A DNA stretch of 64,000 nt, taken from positions 112,096,001 through 112,160,000 of the forward strand of contig OZ024745.1 in assembly GCA_964016885.1 (NCBI GenBank), in the 5' to 3' direction. Source of the stretch: Eledone cirrhosa (Eukaryota). Within the stretch, counting starts at the first letter, position 1. Every line of letters begins with the position of its first letter. The notes under the pieces are model-generated. The model was not told the DNA's origin and did not search any database. It saw nothing but the letters and a program-made list of their open reading frames with translations. The position numbers and the translations under genes are program-made. Below are positions 55,583-64,000 of this stretch, piece by piece.

Positions 55583-56643
55583 TTTCTGAATTTGTTTAGC
55601 AAGATTCTTTATCTGAAAACATGTGTTGAAACCGATATTGTTATACTTTGGGAGGGTCATGTTGCCAATAAGAAACACACGCACCAGTTGCTTTCACTTC
55701 AATTTATTATAATAAATTTATAAATTTAAGAATTTATAAATTTCCGGTTGGTTGGTGGTTCCACAACCGGACGGTTGTTCATACATTGTCAAAGTTCTTT
55801 TGTCACACATTCTGTGACCTCTTCAGTGACTGGGGATTCTTTTCTTTGTTTTTGTGCCTCTCCTTTGTTCTGTCCTACGCCATCTTGTTTTTGTGTGTGT
55901 TGTGTGCTTAGTTTGCGCATGTGTTACATCGGGTGTCTGTGTGTGTATATATTTCTTTATTTATTTGTTTATTTACATGCTACTGGTTGGTTGTTTGTTC
56001 TATGTGTGTGTGTGTTTTAATTTTGTCCTTAATTGTAAGTTGTGATGTTGCTATTCCATTCATGTTTTCTATTTAATTTTGGTTGGAGTTCATTTATGTT
56101 TATTGCCTCTGTGATTTGTCTAAACATTGCGTCTTTTTTTCAATGTTTAGACAAATCACAGAGGCAATAAACATAAATGAACTCCAACCAAAATTAAATA
56201 GAAAACATGAATGGAATAGCAACATAACAACTTACAATTAAGGATAAAATGAAAACACACACACACATAGAACGAACAACCAGCCAGTAACATGTAAATA
56301 AACAAATAAATAAACAAATAAATAAACAAATATAAACACACACAGACACCCGGATGTAACACATGCGCAAACTAAGCACACAACACACACAAAAACAAGA
56401 TGGCGAAGGACAGAACAAAGGAAAGGCACAAAAACAAAGAAAAGAATCCCCAGTCACTGAAGAGGTCACAGAATGTGTGACAAATGAACTTTAACAATAT
56501 ATGAACAATCGTCTGATTGTGGAACCAACCAACCAACCGGAAATTTATAAATTCTTAAATTTATAAATTTAATTTATAATAAATTGGAGTGAAATCGACT
56601 GGTGCGTGTGTTTCTTATTGGCAACATGACCCTCCCAAAGCAT

Positions 56644-56650
<7 letters not shown>
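55578..56650. mobile_element. Large fold-back element (arms about 500 bp, 11-nt spacer) in (TA)n
   Basis: 55635-56129/56141-56650 inverted with scattered mismatches; unpaired tail 55578-55634; degenerate hammerhead in each arm (near 55820 on minus, 56457 on plus). Confidence 0.9.
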
Positions 56651-56707
<57 letters not shown>

Positions 56708-56712
56708 GTATA

Positions 56713-56804
<92 letters not shown>

Positions 56805-56914
56805 TATATATATATACACACACACACTATATATATAATACCCACTCTACTACCCTAAGTATTGAGTACTCTGGTGCGTTATGGTCCATCTGGTTCCTTA
56901 CCAGACTTCCTTCG

Positions 56915-56962
<48 letters not shown>

Positions 56963-57016
56963 CTAAATATCTCATTCTATATATATAATAACAATAATAA
57001 AAAAAAAACGACACAG

Positions 57017-57049
<33 letters not shown>

Positions 57050-57052
57050 TCT

Positions 57053-57136
<84 letters not shown>

Positions 57137-57139
<3 letters not shown>

Positions 57140-57622
57140 CATCCTGCAGGACTAAAAACAAAACCTGTCAAAGGGCAAAGGAGCTCTTAAGAGTCAATGG
57201 CCATCCAAAATCACCGGGAGAGATGACCCCTTAGCCTTTTTCAAGGCAGAATTCTAGGAGAAGGAAAACTCTGATATAACACCTGCAACCCTGATGGTAT
57301 CCAATGATGTTGACTTGTTCTTCTTTTTGGTAAATATCATCTTGGTTAAGAGAGTGGGACTGGCTTTGTGCAATGCCTTTGCTCACTATAAAAGCGTCAC
57401 GGCACAGGCATTGCTTTATATCTGGAGATCTCTCTGCACTTGTCATCACATGGTACCATGGGCCCAGCACTATGTCAATAATTGTCACAAGTGTAGTGTT
57501 TGTACCAGAGTTTTCAAGTCGCTGGCTGGACTAAAAAGTCACACTCGTTCAGCGCATGAGTAGGGGTTCTCCTACATGGATATAAAGTAGTGGCCGTACT
57601 CGAAAACGAGTTGGCAGCCACC
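57137..57622 (+). mobile_element. RTE-like LINE 3' end with C2H2-like motif
   Basis: WRSLC...CHKCSVCTRVFKSLAGLKSHTRSAH. Confidence 0.65.
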
Positions 57623-57660
<38 letters not shown>

Positions 57661-57877
57661 ATATATGCATATATATGTATACACACATACATATATATAT
57701 ACATATATTTATATATATACATATATGTGTATGTGTGTGTATATATATATACGTGTGTGTTTATATATATGTACTTATATGTATATGTGTGTGTGTCTAT
57801 ATACATATATATGTGTAATGATGGTATGTGCATATATATATATATATATGTATGTGTATGTGTGTGTGTGTATACAT

Positions 57878-57909
<32 letters not shown>

Positions 57910-58858
57910 TGGGTGAGAAGAATACTGCTGGTTGCACATGGATAACATGTTATAAAATGAGTCCCTCATCAGTGATTTGCCAAACGATCATGGGTATTTC
58001 ATCGCATTAAAAATCATATACCTCACGTTGGAGCGATAATAACTAAAATAAGTTATTAGGACAATAGAAACGCGTTAAGCGAGTGAGACAAGTAAACAAC
58101 ACAGGGGGAAGCTAACCGAAGATGGAAATAAACACAAGCAACATAGTTATTCTTTCAGCATAAGCTGTGTGAATATATGGGCGAGCCAGAAAACAGACCT
58201 TTCGCTCGTGAATCCGGTGTTAGAAAGAACGAAAACCGTTTTCCCAGCGAACGGGAGGAAGAAAAAGGGGAGAAACAGGGACTGAGTGAGTGGGAATGCG
58301 AGGAAGAGGTCAGTAGAGAGAAAGCGTTAACTGACATGGGAGAGGGGACGAAAGAAAGTAAGAGAAACAGAGAGAACGAGGGAGCAGTAAGAGAGAAAGA
58401 GAGAAACACAGAATTGCAGTTTGGGGAAATATATGAAATATATATATATGCGTAATGATTGTATTTGCACATATATATATATACAAATTGGCAGCCATAA
58501 GGATTTTCTTTGCCATAAAATTGAAATGCTTATGTTCCATCGTAAATATTTGAAACAAATCTAAATTACATTTAATTGTAGCGTAAGCATTATGAATGAA
58601 AACAGACAAACATACAAATAAATATAAAACTAGAAATAAATTTATGTCAAGTCGAAACCAAGCTGTATTAAAATAAATATGGTTGGACATTACTTACACC
58701 CACCTCACTGCTTTTTGTAAAGGATTATTGGAAAAAAAACTGTCTCTTTTAAAGAGTGCTTGAGTAAATAAACATATCATACACGTATATCTGTATCGGT
58801 GTGTGTTTATGTGTGTAAGTGTATATATATATATATATATATATGAATATCTATATAC

Positions 58859-58916
<58 letters not shown>

Positions 58917-59393
58917 ATATATATATATATAGAGAGAGAGAGAGGGAGCCGCCGAAACAGCTTGACCTCTGCCGTCGGGGTATTGAACATTTTCCTATAT
59001 ATATATGCCGAATTCACTGGCCAAAATAGGGGTTCCCTCCCCTTAGAACCTCACACGTGCTTTCATAACCTGTGAGATTCTGGCGCGCGAAGAGCAAAAT
59101 GCTGTTGAGAAAGCGATGCCTTGTTCGATCATTATACCAAAAGCTTATTTTTTTATAGCAGACAGTATTATTGATTTAGGTGTCGCAGAAACCCAAATAT
59201 CTTATTTTGTTTGACCCGTTTAGCTTGTTCGCTTTTTTGGCTAAGGTGGTTAATGGCTTCTTAACCATCGTCTCAGTTTGTATGACCATTTTAACTTATG
59301 TTTATAGCTCTGGTATCTTCATATCCATGGAGCGCTTGTCTGCACAATACAGACGTTGCGTTTCGCCAATTTCTACCGGCCGAATCTCGCTAA

Positions 59394-59465
<72 letters not shown>

Positions 59466-59558
59466 GTAATAATAATAAAATTGAAGACTAAAATCCAAAG
59501 AGGGCTCGATAAGGGTGAAAGCAGCGATTCTTTGCTTAAACTTTAATCTGTTATTTTA

Positions 59559-59650
<92 letters not shown>

Positions 59651-59738
59651 TGAAGTAAAAGTTAAGTGGAAATATCCAAGAGTAAGAGCACTCAGTCCAT
59701 AGGTCAAGTTTAGTATAAATAATTACAACAGTGACGTA

Positions 59739-59790
59739 AACAAGTACTCAAGTTTCGTTGGGTTCTGGGCCCCAATTTCTTCAGCCTGTC
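59739..59790 (-). ncRNA. Type I minimal hammerhead
   Basis: Minus strand: GACAGG-CTGAAGA-AA.TTGGG(GCCCAGAA)CCCAA.C-GAAA-CTTGAG-TA-CTTGTT; inverted 3'-half copy at 59815-59843. Confidence 0.75.
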
Positions 59791-60201
59791 ATGAGAAGAA
59801 TAACAATCAAAGATCCAACGAAACTTGAGCACCTGTTTATGTCCCTATTAAACGGCTTGAGCTCTGTCCCTATTAAACGGGTTGAGCTCTGCCGTCGGGG
59901 TCATACCTTTTCCTATCACCCACTGTACTACCCTAAGTATTGAGTACTCTGGTGCGTTATGGTCCACCTGATTCCTTACCACAATTCCCTCGTTTTATAT
60001 ATATATATATTAGGTATAGGATTATGCTGGATGCAGTAATGGTTAATTACTACACTGGATAGAGTTGACCTACGGTGAGAGGTTACTCAATGAGTTATGG
60101 AAGAATAGTTGAAGAAACTCAGTTCCTGATCCATTTTCAACTGCGTATACACACACACACATAAATATATAAATATATATGTATATGTATATATATGTAT
60201 A

Positions 60202-60254
<53 letters not shown>

Positions 60255-60344
60255 AATGATTGTATGTGCACATATATATATATATACAAATTGGCAGCCA
60301 TAAGGATTGTTGAAAATTGCAAACTTGACTGTCACCCCAGAATA

Positions 60345-60383
60345 TGAACCTGAAGATTGCGAAAGCATGAAAGTACTTGTTCA
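60345..60383 (+). ncRNA. 39-nt minimal type I hammerhead (identical to 46044-46082)
   Basis: TGAAC-CTGAAGA-TTGC-GAAA-GCAT-GAAA-GTAC-TT-GTTCA. Confidence 0.9.
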
Positions 60384-60547
60384 ATTAACACTTAATATTT
60401 AATATTCTACCATACTATTTCATTCTAATACCATTATACATTTGAAAGGATTGTAAATAAAACGAGTAAATCAGACAAAGTTGGAATTCCTTTTATTAAT
60501 ATAATCTTCTATACACAATCATACACACCCGTGTATATATATATATA

Positions 60548-61231
<684 letters not shown>

Positions 61232-61400
61232 CACATACATGCTTGCATGCATACTTATATACATTCATTCATTTTACCCATAATTCCTGGTGGAGTTATA
61301 GGGGTGCCGTGGTGTCATACAGTATTTCTTGGCATTTTAAAACCTGACGGAGCCCATCCTTTCACCAGGTGTCTGACACAGCCAATTTCTCACAGAGAAG

Positions 61401-61464
<64 letters not shown>

Positions 61465-61465
<1 letters not shown>

Positions 61466-61610
61466 GACCCAGTATTGTACTGGTACTTTTTTTTATCGAC
61501 CTCGAAAGGATGAAAGGAAAAGTTGACTTCGGCAGAACTTGAAGTGAGAGTGCAGAGAGCCGGAACGAATACTGCAAAGAATTCTATCTGACGTTCTTAA
61601 AACCCTGCTT
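61465..61610 (-). mobile_element. SINE family A, diverged
   Basis: TACTGGTAC...TATCGACCTCGAAAGGATGAAAGG. Confidence 0.65.
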
Positions 61611-61665
61611 CACATACATACACACACACATACATACATGTGCATGTGCACACACACACACACGC

Positions 61666-61753
<88 letters not shown>

Positions 61754-63054
61754 GTATATATATATGAACACCTAATGTCAAATCAAAATGGCTTCAATCA
61801 TCCAAGTTAGGGAGTTGTATATTTTGATATTTGTTACAGTAGGTTATGGTTATTTATTATGTTAATGTTTAGAAGCACAAATGTTATTGTTGGTGATGAA
61901 TGTGCCTGCAGACGAAAAGCTTCCAAGAAGTAAATTACTGTATGCCTGTTCACTAAGTTGGGTGATATTTTGGTTGATGGTGTTTCCAAGAAGAAAGCAA
62001 ATACTTTCTGAAGTGAGGACATGACATAAAAACCGCACCTTTGGAATCGAGGTATTCTCTGAAGGATTTTCTTGAAGAATTAGGGTATCTTAATCACCTT
62101 AATTAGCATATTTCTAATTTACACCTTCTCTAAGTACGGGCAGCTTATAACTATAAGCTTCACAATCATTTCAAATGCTAGGCCTCACAATCATTGAGAA
62201 ACTCGTATGATAATCGCACATTCTTAATATAGCTAGGACTGCATCTCAACTATTGGTCTTTCTCTTCAGTGGTTAGAAAATACTTCAGTCACAAACAAAT
62301 ACTAACCCTCCACAAAGCTGAGGTTAGGCGCACAATTTTTAGTTTATCGTATATGGAATGTTCAGATGATAACTAATCTCAGGGTTTGTTCCAAATCAAT
62401 AACCAAACAAACTGAAAATTAAAGTCAATTGTAAGAATTAAAAAACAAAACAAAACAATATAGATGTGTAAGTGATTTAATCGTTACCATTTGTTGAGGG
62501 AGATTGGCTGCTATTTATATAAGGTTCAAAGTCCACATAGTCTAATCTGGCTATTGTAGGTCAGTGTAGTGCGAAAGAAAAGTGTAGAATGTGGAAGCGT
62601 AAAAAAGCGAAATTATTAGGTGTCAAACAAAACGAAAATCAGTTAAGTGAAGTGTGAAATTATGATAGCACCAATCATAGCTAATATTGTTTTGTTAACA
62701 ATATACACCTGATTTAACATTTGTTTCTGAGTGTATTTTATTAGATTTGAAAACAATTTTCAACCAGATTATATTTTGATACAAGAACAGAATTGTTATT
62801 TAAAAAAACAACAACAAAAAAAACAAAAAACAAAACAACAGTTTCGGTTAATAGAATATTGTTCACTTATTGTTCACTATTTTGGTCATTCTTTTATTAT
62901 TTGGTATTCCCATAACGAAATGTCATGATACAATTGATCGAGGAATGTACAATGGCATCTCAGAATTTATTGCTGTTGGACGTCTATCGTTTACGGCGAC
63001 GAGTGTTCAAGTTGATTTAATCAACGGAACTGCCTTCTCTTGAAATTAACGTGT

Positions 63055-63192
63055 ATCTATGAGATTTTGATATTATTTATTTTGAGAACAATACCTTAAA
63101 GTTGGTAGGAGGGGTCAATTATGACTGGTTTGAACAGAAAGAGGTGAAAGAATTCTTGCCGGATACGGCCGGTTTAAATGCTAAAGAGTTAA
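63055..63192. mobile_element. Right half of the piggyBac-type MITE family
   Basis: Matches 31530-31665 and ends TAAATGCTAAAGAG-TTAA; another partial copy at about 50465-50640. Confidence 0.7.
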
Positions 63193-64000
63193 CGTAGATT
63201 TGAGTGAGATTTAGTGAACTGGAGCAACGTGAAATAGTGTCTTGCTGAAGAACACAATGCACTGTTGTCAATGTTGGCCTCAGTACTACTCGTTGAAGGC
63301 CTTCCGCTCCTGGGGGTCGTCTTTTACGTCCACGCCTCAATGTTTGAGCCTATTGTGCCACTCGAAAATCCCTGAGCGCAACATCGTCTCATCTCTGTAC
63401 ATTTGTTGCAGTATTCCGAATGCTTCTGACGGAGTTTTCCCCAGCTAAACCAGAAATTTCCGGTTGGTTCGTTGCTCTGTGCCTATCGCTCGATGGCCTA
63501 AAATTGAGGAGCTGTTAATGAGAAACACGGGGAAAAACATACAATGGCTGCATAAAAAAGATTCAAAGCAAGAACATTAACAGTACCAATAATTGTTGTC
63601 TGGAAGCCCCGTTGTTGATTTAAGTTTTATTGCTTAACAGTAATTCTTCGCCAGACAGGTTTATGTTTTGCTGTCATCAGTAAATTGGTAAATCGACAAA
63701 TTGTGGGCTAGATTCACGGGAGTATATCTCTTTACTGTTCAAATATATAACATATGTATTTTCATGTGTACTGTTAACCTCAGCTGTTTAGTATGATCCT
63801 TCTAATGAAATCTTTGTATATTTGTATGTTATTCTAAACTGAAATACTGTATTGGGTGTCACTGCTGTGTAAATGTGTTCATACATTCCAATGTGTCTGT
63901 CGTTTTTTTCCTGTCGTGCGTGTCCAGTGGTGGTGATAAAAAAAGTCTAAAGTCTGTCTTAAGCCAGAAGACTCATTTGGCCGGTGCTTATCCCCGGTTT

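Noticed and set aside
57294-57563. C2H2 zinc-finger host gene
   Set aside because: Single finger at the end of a repeated RTE-like 3' fragment; the second copy is frameshifted

Overview
Repeat-saturated, AT-rich metazoan non-coding DNA, probably an intron or intergenic region. The SINE and microsatellite landscape resembles an octopod cephalopod (inference). No host protein-coding gene can be supported, and nearly all supplied ORFs are microsatellite read-throughs. Contents are (TA)n, (CA)n and trinucleotide arrays, minisatellites, two tRNA-derived SINE families, relics of RTE, R4/Dong and Tx1 LINEs, piggyBac-type and Tigger-type MITEs, a decayed Tc1/mariner element and a decayed Penelope-like (Neptune-type) RT. 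The main signal comes from manual folding on both strands: about 13 type I hammerhead ribozymes with intact or compensated cores, plus several single-lesion or half relics. They come from many sequence-unrelated families and sit in short, often fold-back cassettes inserted into (TA)n tracts. Features shared among them are palindromic stem III loops, a mismatch (usually pyrimidine-pyrimidine) at the 4th position of stem II, recurrent U.U at 10.1/11.1, one U3-A8 compensated core, and a GAGTRCT motif about 37-57 nt from the (TA)n junction. All structures were paired by eye, and none has been tested for activity.
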